Below are positions 29,275 to 42,289 of a stretch of 64,000 bases of DNA, in pieces. The DNA is from Octopus vulgaris. Taxonomy: Eukaryota. Position numbers and translations under genes: made by a program. The stretch spans positions 22,630,001-22,694,000 of the forward strand of contig OX597819.1 of the NCBI GenBank assembly GCA_951406725.2, given 5' to 3'. Numbering within the stretch: position 1 is the stretch's first letter; each line of letters opens with the position of its first letter. The notes below the pieces were generated by a model. The model saw nothing but the letters and a program-made list of their open reading frames with translations. It was not told the DNA's origin and did not search any database.

Positions 29275-29544
29275 AACACATACTCATACATACTCATGAA
29301 AGAGTAAATTTTATATATACATACCTACATCATATTGTATATTTAGCTTTATATCATCTTTATACACCTTGCAGTAAAATGCAACACAACGACGTTTTTG
29401 CAGACCGAATCGAAAGTCACCAGCGCTCAGGCATTTTCCATCGTTATCTATACAGTCTGAGAAATTGATTGAATGAATTGCTTTTGGTGTAGACGGTTAC
29501 ACGCATGAACATGTATTTAACATATGCAAAAAACAAACTGATGT

Positions 29545-29583
29545 TTGATGATGATGATATGATGATGATATTGATGATGATAT

Positions 29584-29644
<61 letters not shown>

Positions 29645-29774
29645 ATTGATGATGATGATGGTGGTGGTAGTGGTGGTGGTGCTGGTGGTGCTGGTGCTGG
29701 TGGTGCTGGTGGTGCTGGTGGTTGTAGATGATGATGAAGACGACGACGATGACGGCGATGATAATAATGACTAC

Positions 29775-29832
<58 letters not shown>

Positions 29833-29925
29833 CTGATGATTATGATGACGGTGATGATGATGATGATGATGATGATAATGACAATGATGATGAAGATATT
29901 GATGATAACGATGATGATGATGCCG
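29545..29925. repeat. (GAT)n/(GGT)n compound microsatellite
   Basis: Direct reading of the sequence. Confidence 0.9.
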
Positions 29926-31040
29926 ATGGTGTAAGAGAAACGAACTGCAAACTGCTTTACGCATTATATGAGGGAAGAAATTCTCGTTTGCACTTACTTT
30001 TGTACATAATTAGGAGTTGGTACAACACGCACATTATTTTCAAACACTCACCCTTGGATATATAAAAACCATACGAATTATTGCAAATGCATTTCCCCTT
30101 ATGTCGACATCCGCTACATGCTATACAAAAGTAAATGCATTCATGAATGATAAAATAGAGAAATACATTTATCAATAATAAAAGAAAATAATTGAGATTT
30201 CGTTATTTTAAAAGTGTTTAATTGAAGTAATGGTTGGATTTAATTCAGTCATAATTAGAATATGGGACGTCAGAAAATAATAGCAGCGACTCCATCAATT
30301 TCTAGGGATATCTGAAGAAGGAACTATATTCCGAAATATTATATCAGACTACGGGTGATTAAATTTATTATAGTCCATTCTATTCTTTGCATCATAATGC
30401 ATTGTTGTGCCATTCAAAATATTTTCTTCCTTAGAAAATATATTAGAAATTAGGCGAAAGTTCTTGATTGATACAATGTTTCAAAGTTACGACGTGAAAA
30501 AATATTTTGGTTGGTGTGTTATTTGCACAGATAGAGAGAGAAAAGAATTTAGAATCGATTTATGGAGAGAGAAAAACAGAAAGAGAAAGAGACCGAGAGA
30601 GAAGCAGACAAGCAGACATGCAGACAGAAAGACAGACAGACACATTGTTAGACAGAGAGCAATGAAAGAGTTGGATATCGTCATCTAGAAGAGAAGAGTG
30701 ATGGAGAGAGAGAGAGAGAGAGACATAGAAACTTGAGTTTTCTTATATCAAAAAAAAATATATTTCCAATACATCATACCGAAACCTAACAATTAAAATT
30801 CTTTAAACCTACGTTTTAGATTTCCTTGTGCTTGTGCAAAACTGGCAACTGCATTTACATCGGCTACTATACTGGAAATAACTAGAAGTAAATACAAGGC
30901 TATCTGTATGTGAATAGAAGAAAAACAGACGTAAAATAGCTCATGAGGTATACAGTTCTATATTTAAGAGATGAGGAATTATGTACATTATTTACATTAT
31001 TTACACTTGACGGATATTTGTCCTCATCTTGTTTGTTGTT

Positions 31041-31086
31041 AACACAACGTTTTAGCTGATATACCCTCCAGCCTTCATCAGGTGTC
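31041..31086 (-). ncRNA. Minimal hammerhead ribozyme, left arm (GAAA->AAAA)
   Basis: Reverse complement reads gacac CTGATGA a ggctg-gagggtatat-cagct AAAA cg TT gtgtt. Confidence 0.7.
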
Positions 31087-31135
31087 TTGGGGAAATTTCG
31101 AACCCGAGTTCTCATTCCTAAAGTATTTTTCGATG

Positions 31136-31187
<52 letters not shown>

Positions 31188-31340
31188 CATTATTATTATT
31201 ATTATCATTATTCAGATCATTGGTTGGAATCTGAATCTTGGGGTTAGTAGCCTGCGCTCTTAACCACTACGCAATATGGCACAGTGGTTAAGAGCGCAGG
31301 CTACTAACCCCAAGATTCCGAGATCGGTTCCAAGCAGTGA

Positions 31341-31469
<129 letters not shown>

Positions 31470-31532
31470 CAACAACAACAACAACATCGAAAAATACCTT
31501 AGGAATGAGAATCCGGGTTCGAAATTTCCCAA

Positions 31533-31578
31533 GACACCTGATGAAGACTGGAAGGTATATCAGCCGAAACGTTGTGTT
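31533..31578 (+). ncRNA. Minimal hammerhead ribozyme, right arm
   Basis: gacac CTGATGA a gactg-gaaggtatat-cagcc GAAA cg TT gtgtt. Palindromic AACGTT stem III, GUU site, one stem II mismatch. Confidence 0.8.
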
Positions 31579-31899
31579 AACAACAAACAAGATGAGGACA
31601 AATATCCGTCAAATATAAATAAGGTAAACAGCTCATGATATATTCGGTATTTTGATAATAATACAAAACCATTTTTAATGAAAAGGACCCGGATACCCTA
31701 GTTGTGACTGTATTGCAAGGAAGGTAATCATTTGTAGCCAAGTCTTAGAATTCGAAGATTGAATTTTAAATCGAAGACCAGTGAAGATGTAAAGAATATG
31801 GATATTTATTTGATATCATAACTATTTAGAAATTTCTAGAATACATGAAACAATGCCTTTTTGCTAAGGCGAACCTCGAAGCAGGTAAACATATGAATA

Positions 31900-32092
31900 G
31901 TCGGGCGAAATGCGTCGCCGTATTTCGTCTGCCGTTACGCTCTGAGTTCAAATTCCGCCGAGGTCGACTTTGCCTTTCATTCTTTCGAGGTCGATAAATT
32001 AAGTACCAGTTACGCACTGGGGTCGACTTAATCCGTTTGTTTGTTCTTGTTTGTCCCCTCTATGTTTAGCCCCTTAAGGGTAATAAAGAAAC
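31900..32092 (+). mobile_element. SINE family C, partial
   Basis: cgggcgaaatgc..ctgagttcaaattccgccgaggtcgactttgcc. Confidence 0.85.
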
Positions 32093-32564
32093 AGATATGA
32101 ATAATCGCGTGTGAATATTGAGTGAAAAAGAAAACATCAAATAGAATACCTGCCATGCTTATTGAAGATGTGAGTTCGAGTCCCACGAACAACCTGCTAA
32201 TTTTCCTATCCAAACGGTATTTTTTTAACCCAGTATTGACACACTACAATTTATAAATGTATTTGCTTCGAGTTTCGCCGTTCCAAAATGAATAATACAT
32301 ATTTAGTTATTTTTCTTAGTTATTAAAAAGGTCCTAAAATTTGACAAATTATCACACATTATTATGCATAATATTAATTTTTGCTATTATATCGTGGAAG
32401 TATTATGATATAATCATTTCAGTTACAACATGAACTCAGACGACATTACTTGCTAAGCAAATTCAATTTAACTTCCCAAATTTTAGCCGTACGCAAAATT
32501 CCAGTATGAACCGAGACCACAACTTTAGTTGATGTCATCATGTTTATTTGCTTACTTGTATAAA

Positions 32565-32950
32565 TGGAAGCACTCCGTCGGTTACGACGACGAGGGTTCA
32601 GATTGATCCGAATCAACGGAGCAGCCTGCTCGTGAAATTAACGTGTAAGTGGCTGAGCACTCCACAGACACGTGTACCCTCAACGTAGTTCTCGGGGATA
32701 TTCAGCGTGACACAGAGAATGACAAGGCCGGCCCTTTGAAATACAGGTACAACAGAAGCAGGAAGAAAGAGTGAGGGAAAGTTGTGGTGAAAGAGTACAG
32801 CAGGGATCACCACCATCCCCTGCCGGAGCCTCGTGGAGCTTTAGGTGTTTTCGCTCAATAAACACTCACAACGCCCGGTCTGGGAATCGAAACCGCGATC
32901 CTATGACCGCAAGTCCGCTGCCCTAACCACTGGGCCATTGCGCCTCCACA
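32565..32950 (-). mobile_element. tRNA-derived SINE family B
   Basis: Reverse-complement head ggaggcgcaaTGGCCCAGTGGttaggg...ggtttcgattccc (A and B boxes); related copies at 33405, 42490, 44358 and 55443. Confidence 0.85.
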
Positions 32951-33360
32951 CTTGTATAAATAAACATCTATCAACTGAATGATATATTTCTAAATACGAA
33001 TCGAAACACTTTTTGTCAAAGCTTTGTGAATAATTTCAACTTTACTTTCGTCTAAAAAGTAGCGACCTGATCCTAAATAGACAAACATTGCATAATAACA
33101 GTTTCCTTAAGATTAGATATTGAAAACTGAGCATACGCCTATTCTAAAGTTATTTATGAAAGCTTTGACATGCATCTGCATATTTTCTCTCGAATCATTG
33201 TTCGGAGAAGTATCATGCAAAGACATTGATATATTACTCCGAGATATTTCATACTGGTTTAGTGTTATATCCTGTTTTCAACAGATCGTTTAATTCTGAA
33301 ATATGTTTTGAGAAATGCTCTTACAAGTTTCTCTAGCCGAGGGTAAAATGTTACAAAATC

Positions 33361-33404
<44 letters not shown>

Positions 33405-33406
<2 letters not shown>

Positions 33407-33712
33407 CACCGTGATCACCGGGACCGACCACGCTATCAGATGTTGCCACACATCGCTGGTCACAATGCGCTTAGCATTGTTTTAGCCTTCAAATAACGCC
33501 ACCCCGCTGGCGAAGCGAGCAGGCCAACAGAAGAAAGAGTGAGAGAAAGTTGTGACGAAAGAGTACAGCAGGGATTTCCCCCCCCCGTGCCGGAGCCTCG
33601 TTGAAATTTAGGTGTTTTCGCTCAATAAACACTCACAACGCCTGACCTGGGAATCGAAACCGCGACCCTACGACCACGAGTCCGTTTCCCTAACCACTGG
33701 GTCATTGCGCAT
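33405..33712 (-). mobile_element. SINE family B, alternative tail
   Basis: Same head as 32565-32950 with a different 3' part, which it shares with 44358-44660. Confidence 0.8.
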
Positions 33713-33716
33713 TGAC

Positions 33717-33749
<33 letters not shown>

Positions 33750-34632
33750 AACTACATATGTGGAAAGTTCTGTCTCTGGGTGTGCTTGTGGAGTTGTTAG
33801 CTAACTCCTCCTACATCGTATTATCGATTTTGATGAAACGTGACACGTGAGTAGAACTTGTCTGGAAACTTCATGGCATAATCAGATTGTTGAAAATCGA
33901 TAATAGAGCCCCTGGAAGGGATCCTTATATATATAATATGTTTTATTTTAAACACTAAGGGAAATAAACCATTCGCCCCAAGAAGAGATCCTTATATATA
34001 ACCAAGGGAAATAACTCATTCATTTTCCTAAATCATTTGGTAAGTATGAAACTGATTATGCTTATTTCTTAATGTTTGAACTGTTAGAGTTATTTTCACA
34101 ATTTATCCAGTACAACCCTTAAACAAGTAAATAGTATTTTCCTAAACAATAAATCCACATATTTCGGTTAGTGACTTATTCACAAATATACCAATACTAG
34201 CGCCGCTGAGGGTAATATTCTCTGGGATGGTACAAAAGGCCTTTTCAGAGTTATTTACTTTGAATTGTTATTATCTCATATCATGCTTCACTATTTTAGT
34301 ATACATACCTTATTAGTATTTCCTCTTATGTTCTATATACTCTGGGAACGCATTAAAGCCCTTTTCGGGGCTACTTTATTTGAATTCGTACTATCGGATA
34401 ACTAATTTCACGTTATTATATAACTGACTTCACAATTTTGTTATTCATATCTTATTGGGAATTCCTAAAAGTAGGATCCTGAGTAAGACAGTTCGGTATT
34501 CTCTGTACACGCACAAAAATCGTTTTAAGGCCTATATAATTTGTATTATTGTTGTTGGATTAGCGAAACAAATTATGTGAACGGAACCAAGGGATAAACT
34601 CCACTTTCCCGGGAACTACCGGGTACATCAGC

Positions 34633-34711
<79 letters not shown>

Positions 34712-35543
34712 CGCACAAATTGAAGGAATGGAGCAGGCAAAATCCAAAATCCAAACTGCATATGCTTCCTAACTAACAGAACCCTGGAAGTAATAATTAC
34801 GCAACGTGGGGAACACCACTAGCTACGCATCAGATTGAAGATACCTTAGTTACGTGAAGGTTACAAGGAATCCTAAGTTAACTCACAAGATATGTAATAT
34901 AAAATGAGTGATGAGGCCGTAAGAACGGAATGAAAAGGGAAGAAAAGGATAAGAAGAGGTCAAATATTTTGGAGCGGGAATAAGGTGGATTTTGGTAGGA
35001 GGGAAGAAGAGAAAAAGGACAAAAAATAGAGGGATGTGGGAGATAAAGTTACTTGTCATTTGGGGAACATAGTAGCTAGGGGTTAATTGGTGGCTTACTA
35101 CTTAACAGTAAAACTATATATTCTTAATTCCAACCGCACGCGCTTACTTTCTCTGTGTCCCTGTAGATTCTTATAGGTGTGCACGCGAACGTACGTGCTT
35201 GCATATTCTCATGTGCGGAGAGGAAAATGTAGGAAGATCACGAGGTTAAGAAAATATAACGGTAGCTAAAAAAAAAAGGTGATTATAAATACATAGAAGA
35301 GCTTCAAGTAAGGGTGGGGAGGAATGGTTTGGGAATAATTGGGGAGGGAGCTATTATTGGTGCCTGAAAAATCTGTTACATAGCCTGTGTTTACAATCAA
35401 GATTTATGTTGCCCTATCATTCAGACAATTGTTGCATTACATAATACTTAAGACTTCTCCGATGCAGAGATCATATCTGCTGTTGTAACCGATATACGGT
35501 TTAGCATGGGTAACGATGGATCATTTTATATTGTATAGAACTA

Positions 35544-35932
35544 CTAGCATTATCGCCCGGCGTTGCTCGGGTTTATTTCGATCCTTTAGAATTGGAATTT
35601 TTGAAAAGTAAAAATTTGGCATTATGTAGCTTGTTATTCTCTTTAAGTGAACATTTTTCTGGTTGAAATACACCGAAAAATGGCGACACAGCAGCCAAAA
35701 AATCGTAAAAAATAGGGATTTTCATAGAAGAAAAAGCACCTTTTTGATGTAAATAATGTTTGGTCTTAACATGGTCCGATTTGAATTTTATCTTCTACGG
35801 AATGAAGAACAAGCCTTCTTCTATCATACTCTCAATTTTGGTCAACTTGCTCCGCAGGGTCTCGGAGGAAATAGTGTTAGTTGAAGGCTACCAAACTTGT
35901 CACACACAAACAACTTCAGCTTTATATATATA
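35544..35932 (-). mobile_element. Helitron-like element
   Basis: CTAGcattatcgcccggcgttgctcggg (reverse complement of 3' hairpin plus CTAG); the other end is agctttatatatata. Confidence 0.6.
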
Positions 35933-36059
35933 GTTTTATTGTGTTAGATTATCAAAGAGCCTAGATAAAGAAGTGCTGTTTGTTCTCGCTTGAGATTTAA
36001 AACTAGAAGAGCGTTTACCAACTCTGACCTTGTAAGTGAGCCGATACTCTCGTTCTCTC

Positions 36060-36264
36060 TTTCTCTTTTACTCTTTTGTTTCAGTCATTTGACTGCGGCC
36101 ATGCTGGAGCACCGCCTTTAGTCGAGCAAATCGACCCCGGGACTTATTCTTTGTAAGTCCAGTACTTATTCTATCGGTCTCTTTTGCCGAACCGCTAAGT
36201 GACGGGGACGTAAACACACCAGCATCGGTTGTCAAGCAATGCTAGGGGGACAAACACACACACA

Positions 36265-36314
<50 letters not shown>

Positions 36315-36483
36315 CATATATACGATAGGCTTCTTTCAGTTTCCGTCAACCAAATCCACTCACAAGGCATTGGTCGGCCCGGGGCTATAGCAGAACACAC
36401 TTGCCCAAGATGCCACGCAGTGGGACTGAACCCGGAACCATGTGGTTGCTTAGCAAGCTACTTACCACACAACCACTCCTGCA
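36060..36483 (-). mobile_element. SINE family A, full length
   Basis: Reverse-complement head gcaggagtggttgtgtggtaagtagc...gggttcagtcccact, central (TA)(TG)n, tail aaggcggtgctccagcatggccgcagtcaaatgactgaaac. Confidence 0.9.
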
Positions 36484-37806
36484 ATATGTACATACTTACA
36501 ATGTTCTGTTCATATTGTAATTTAATATCTAAGGGATAGGAGGTGGAGCGTCTACTGCTTCATAGGATTCTAGAAGTAGAGCTAAAGTGGAGTTTGCAGG
36601 GTTATGATTGTTTGGGGTTGACATAGTATATTTGGTGGGCAGGGGGTTGAGGGAGTTGACCGTGGGATGTAGCTTATAATCTACGTGTCTAGTAATATTA
36701 TTCGTATCACCTATCATTGCCTATTTCAGTGGTGGTTATAACCGTATCGCTAGGTTGATTAAGGGTATTAGGTGAAATATTAGGATTAGGGCTGGTGGTG
36801 TTGGTAAGGAGGTTTAAGGTTATCCTAGGGCTATGGGTGGAGGGATGGGGGTTAGGGTGTGTTGTATTAGTGTGATTGCTAGTTACTATGTTTCTTATAC
36901 TTCAGATGTCAGGTTATAACGACAATATTAGTTGTGGTGGAATAGGAAAATTTAATCGATTGGGGGATGCAGAATTTTCCAAGAGGACCAGTACTGTTTT
37001 GTTTCGGAAACAGCCCGACCAGTTTGGAGAGAAGGGACTGATAATATAAGTGGCATACTTGAAAATGAATAAGTATGGTGGGGTTGCGGTTTGTTCAACA
37101 GAAACCCTTCAAAATGGTATCACAGCACGGTCGCATTCCAATCTTTGAAACAAGTCAGAGAAGAATTGGTAATCTTATGTCAGTTTAGTGAATAAATATG
37201 AACTTCTCAATATTGTTGAGTTAAGATGACATCGAATCAAAATTCTCCTGTAGAAGGCTATACATACTGTTTTGTTCATTGCATTACCCAGCTAATCGTT
37301 ATTATGAAGTTTCACGACATCGAAATAGCGTGCACTGAAAGAGAGAGAAAACATAAAGGATTTTATGGCACAAAATCAATGCTATTTGTACAAGGTTTTA
37401 GGGGATGCTTGTATTGCTGCAAAAGGTCGAGGTTTGCTGTCGGGTAGAATTTTATTAATTTCTTTTTTCATAGAATTTGCATCGCTACTCTCCTGAACTT
37501 CCTACCAGTCACAAGTCCGTTTATTCTATGAGCTTCTTTTTTTTTAAATGCATTCTGTTCAATGGAACTCATCACCATTGTCTTGCTTTTCTCCTTCAAA
37601 CTTTCTGTCGAACAATAAGCTTTTAGAATTAGCAGCCCTATTGTTTTCCTTCTGTGTAGTCTCTTTCGTTGGTCTCTAGCTCTGTTTGGGGCAAAATCGT
37701 AAAAAAAAAAAAGACAAAAATATCCGTCTGGAAGTTCGCAAAGGGATTATACTAAAATCGAATATCATTATTTTCGTAGCAGCATTACGTCTCATTATAT
37801 AGTTTG

Positions 37807-37848
<42 letters not shown>

Positions 37849-37906
37849 GTATGTGTGTGTGTGTGTGTGTGTGTGCGTGTATGCGCGTGTGTGCGTGAGT
37901 ACATAT

Positions 37907-37945
<39 letters not shown>

Positions 37946-37951
<6 letters not shown>

Positions 37952-38219
37952 ATATTTCGGAATGGTCATATTGCCAGTTTAGCCAATAAAAACACACGCA
38001 CTATATATTTGGTGTTATTTTGCTTCAGTGTTATTTATTTTTTACATTAATCTTAATCTTATTTCGGCCAGAGTTCTTTCGTCACACAGAAATCTGGCCG
38101 AAATAAGATTAAGATTAATGTAAAAAATAAATAACACTGAAGCAAAATAACACCAAATATATAGTGCGTGTGTTTTTATTGGCTAAACTGGCAATATGAC
38201 CATTCCGAAATATAACAAT
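37946..38219. repeat. Perfect fold-back with ~127-bp arms and ~20-nt spacer
   Basis: attgttatatttcggaatgg...tttcggccaga / tctggccgaaa...ccattccgaaatataacaat, flanked by (TA)n. Confidence 0.9.
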
Positions 38220-38274
38220 TTCTGTTTCAACACACGACTTCACATAAAAAATCTTGCAGAACAAATATTTAAAC

Positions 38275-38317
<43 letters not shown>

Positions 38318-38319
<2 letters not shown>

Positions 38320-38619
38320 TTTATTTAAAAGCAGCAGAAATATCACAAAAGCTGTTACTCACAGTTTCACGTTCCTGTTCGTCGGACAGTTTTGTTCTGC
38401 TGCTTTATTTAAAAGCAGCAGAAATATAACAAAAGGTGTATCTTTAAACTAGTTTTGATCAGATCGTTATTTCTGTCCTATTTTAACAAACCTGTCCGAC
38501 GAACAGGAACGTGAAACTGTGAGTAACAGCTTTTGTTATATTTCTGCTGCTTTTAAATAAAGCATATTACTCTACCTCTGGTATTTGAGTACTTTTTTCC
38601 AAATTTACGGGCTTACTCC

Positions 38620-38622
<3 letters not shown>
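38318..38622. mobile_element. Fold-back element with HHR-like motifs on both strands (38352-38389 minus; 38492-38529 plus)
   Basis: ctgt CCGACGA ac-aggaac-gt GAAA ctgtgag TA acag. The inverted arm is about 38319-38389 against 38492-38561; both flanks are (TA)n. Confidence 0.65.
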
Positions 38623-38679
<57 letters not shown>

Positions 38680-38685
<6 letters not shown>

Positions 38686-38880
38686 TAATCCAAACAAGAA
38701 AACAAAAAAACACAACAACGCAAGGACGTGGAACAAATAAAGTATTACTGGACGCTCAGGAAAGAAGGGAAGGGGGGTTTAACGTTTCGAGCGGAGCTCT
38801 TCGTCAGAAACATAGGAGAAGGAAAGATCTCGAGAAGGGAAGACAGAGGAAAAAAAATCGCCAGTGGTATTCACGAGGTC

Positions 38881-38882
<2 letters not shown>
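38680..38882 (-). mobile_element. ~200-bp solo pLTR-like element with HHR in (TA)n
   Basis: Homologous to 53320-53520 and 54366-54535; contains the HHR at 38777-38811. Confidence 0.75.
38777..38811 (-). ncRNA. 35-nt minimal hammerhead ribozyme with intact core
   Basis: Reverse complement reads gttt CTGACGA a gagc-tcc-gctc GAAA cg TT aaac; all stems pair. Confidence 0.85.
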
Positions 38883-38944
<62 letters not shown>

Positions 38945-39309
38945 GCATACATCCCGTCTTTGTATTTGGTTTGCAAGTTTATTTATGTGACTTCGTGTGT
39001 TGAAGCATATTTCATTGTGTCTGAGAAGAGTAATTCTCTTTTAGTGCCTTGGCATCGTTACTCTCCTGAACTTCCTACTAGTCACAAGTCCGTTTATTCC
39101 ATTAGCTTCTTTTCTTGAAATGCTTTCTGTTCAATGGAACCGTTTCGATTCCTGCTCATTCAGAGGTTGCAAGACACACAAAAAAAAAATTAGAAAAGCA
39201 TACATAAGTAAATGAGCGGAAATCGAACCGGTGAGTGTGTTAAATAAAAAGGCAGTAAAAGAGAATAACTCCCCCCAGACACAGTAATACACACACACAC
39301 ACACACACT

Positions 39310-39342
<33 letters not shown>

Positions 39343-39866
39343 GGATAAAATCGTTGTTTAAATATCGAACTTATCAAGTGGCCAGTATCGGAATAAAAAA
39401 CATTCAAAGGTAATAATTATTATCAAAATTATAATTTAGGGTATCTAAAAGATACCACCATGCTTGAAATAGCAGCCCAAATTTCCCTCCTGGTGCTGTA
39501 TGAATTTTTAATGCTGTTTAAGAGCCAAGTTTGCTCACGTCCTGAAAAGCCTGAAGAAATTTCGCTTAGCATTTTGTTTCCTGCCCTTAAAATCCTTCCA
39601 TCTCGCTGGCATGTGTTAAGGAAGCAATGAATCATTTGCTACGTATTTACCCTAACTTAGTATCTTAAAAGTCTGTTAAAGTTCTTCATCAACATTTGCT
39701 AATATGTGAATGACCTAACGAATGGCTTCTTAAGTTAATACGGTTCGTGAAATATACAGCTGCTGCATGTAACATACTGAAATCGTAAACTTACTTCTCC
39801 TAACCTGTATTCATGAAATATTAGTCATATATGTGTGTGTGTGTTTGATTTGTATGTATAGTAATG

Positions 39867-40100
39867 TATTGGGGTTGTCCGGAAAGTTCGTGTCGATTTT
39901 ATGGTAGCTTACCTTTCGACTTACCCTCCCAGACACCTCAATTCTGGGAAGAGGATATTTTCAAGTTAAAGGAAAGATCGAGACGCATTGTGCAACAAAC
40001 TGGTTCATATTTGGTTGATTAAAAATCTAATGTCAAGTATTTATTGACCTTTTTCTTTCCTTTAAAAATCGGCACGAACATTTCCGGAAAACCCAAAATA
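39867..40100. mobile_element. Mariner-type MITE
   Basis: TIRs TAttggggttgtccggaaagttcgtgtcgatttt / aaaatcggcacgaacatttccggaaaacccaaaaTA, no ORF. Confidence 0.75.
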
Positions 40101-42289
40101 TTTATATCTCTTATATATAGTGTTCATCTGAGAAAGGCAGGTTAATTAGCTTTCTTATTAGAATTTGTGCATAAAATGATATGGAAAATGGAAATATAAC
40201 TTCGAATCAATGATATAAAATTATTGTGCAAATGAGGTCAAGGAAATACATGTCATCTGTATCACTAAAGTTTGTGAGGGAGCAATATCATTATCGGGAT
40301 CCTTTAACTGATGCAGTTAGTCGTTGGAGCATCGCTTGAAATGCTTTCATAGTCTGCTGTCGCCACGCGTATTTGCTGACTTTCTGCCTCATAAAAAGTT
40401 GTTCGCTTTGTGTAGAGGATATGTAGCAGTATTCTGAAGTACTTGTGTTCAAAAGCCTGGAGTTTTCGCTCCATGTCAGCTGTAAATATCCAGCTCTAAA
40501 ATCCAGGAAAAACAATTCCAAAACTCAAAATCGTGTTATTCGAAAGAATATACCCGGTCAGTTTATTCAATAACGGAATAGAACGAGCAAAAGCGATAAG
40601 CATCCAAGAATTGCGCAAAACAAAAAGAAAACCTCCTGATACGCTAAACATTTTATGCATGAACTTACAATGAAAGAAACATTGAAGCGTACAACATTAT
40701 CCATCCGAATATACCTCTTTTAATGAACGACCTGCGAATTAAAAATACCCTCGAAGCACAAGATCATTATTTCTAAAAGGCCTACTTATTGCCGCCAAAT
40801 TAGCTACCAAAACTACAATCCAAATAGTAATAAAATGTAACCGACTTAATTGCAGAACCTGCATTAGCCTTACTGAAGCTTCAAGTCAGGGTAAACATGC
40901 ACCATAAAAATCATTGAGGAACTCAATTTGTTCTCGAACGCGGCGGGTGTAGTGTGGATTACATATGTCAAACAAGCTAGACTTTGATTGACAGAATGAA
41001 GGTAAACAGGCAACGGGTTATTTACTTATGGGCACAGACCCATAATTAAATAACTGAGTCTGTGCCCAGTGAACAAACATCCATAATATCTAATTTTACC
41101 TTTATATCAATGCATCGGAGACACTTCAGCCCATTTCCAATTGAATAAGGGAAATATGTTTAAGAAATATATCCACAACGAAACAGCTTATAACACTAAA
41201 AATGACAAGAAGCAACAGACATAAATCAAAAGATGAAATAATGATCTGCTTCGGGATTCAAAACCTGAATTCATACTGCTATACAATTACACCTTGCATC
41301 TTCTCAAACATCAGTTACTGATGTCACCTTAGGCTTAAGCAATAAACCGGACCCTCAGCAAAAAAACAGATAAAACATTCAGCTGACCAGGACAAGTGGC
41401 CTCTTAAGAGAATGAAATAAACGGAACGCTGCACGACCGTTAGAAAAAAAGCAAGATACCAAGACTTTAACAAAAACAAATGACGCTTGCAGAACATCAA
41501 ACAACTAGAGCACTGGATGTCTACTGGTTAAAAGCAAGTCATCAAAACAGGTGGTACATAAATGAAGTCACCAAGAAGTTAATCAAAAAGAACATCTGAC
41601 TTTTAAGCATGTTTTTTTGCTGAAGTTTCGCATATACTTTTAATTAAAGTTTTTTTTATTTACCAATGTAAAAAACACAAATTGCTGAAACCGGTTTCGT
41701 ACATTTATGTTAAAAAAATTAAAAACTACAACTCAATATAAGACTCAGATGCATTTTCATACGTACGTACATATGCGCGCACACACGAACACACACACAC
41801 ACACACACGCACGCACACTCGCACACACACACGGGGGCATGCACACTTACATGCCTACATACGTACATGCATATTTGTTCAACACTTTTTTTTCTTTGCT
41901 GCTGTTTCTTGCTTTCAAGGAAAGTTTCAAATTATCGAACTCTGACACTCATATCTTAATTTTCAGAAAAATGTTGTTTGTCTTTAGGGCTCTACGTATA
42001 TCCAGAACGAAAACATATTGAGGTAAACTATATCCTCCCTCTCAATGTCCTCCACCTTCTCATTCCCTCTTTCCCCTCCTTTTTCCTATTTTTATTTGTA
42101 TCACTGTTAGAGGCGAGGCGAGGCACTCCCTTTCTCTATGCTTTACATTACCCTGTATCTTTGGCCTTCTGCCACTTTTGGACCTGTTTTTCAGTCGAAG
42201 ATTTTTCACCATTTTTACTTTTGATAGTCTTAATATTCTCATGAGGAATTTGTCCATTTCCTGTTTGGTTTATCTGTTGTTTTAATTCT

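Noticed and set aside
29505-30065. 186-aa poly-M/V/D ORF and the antisense poly-H ORF
   Set aside because: Translation of the (GAT)n/(GGT)n microsatellite; no splice or domain support.
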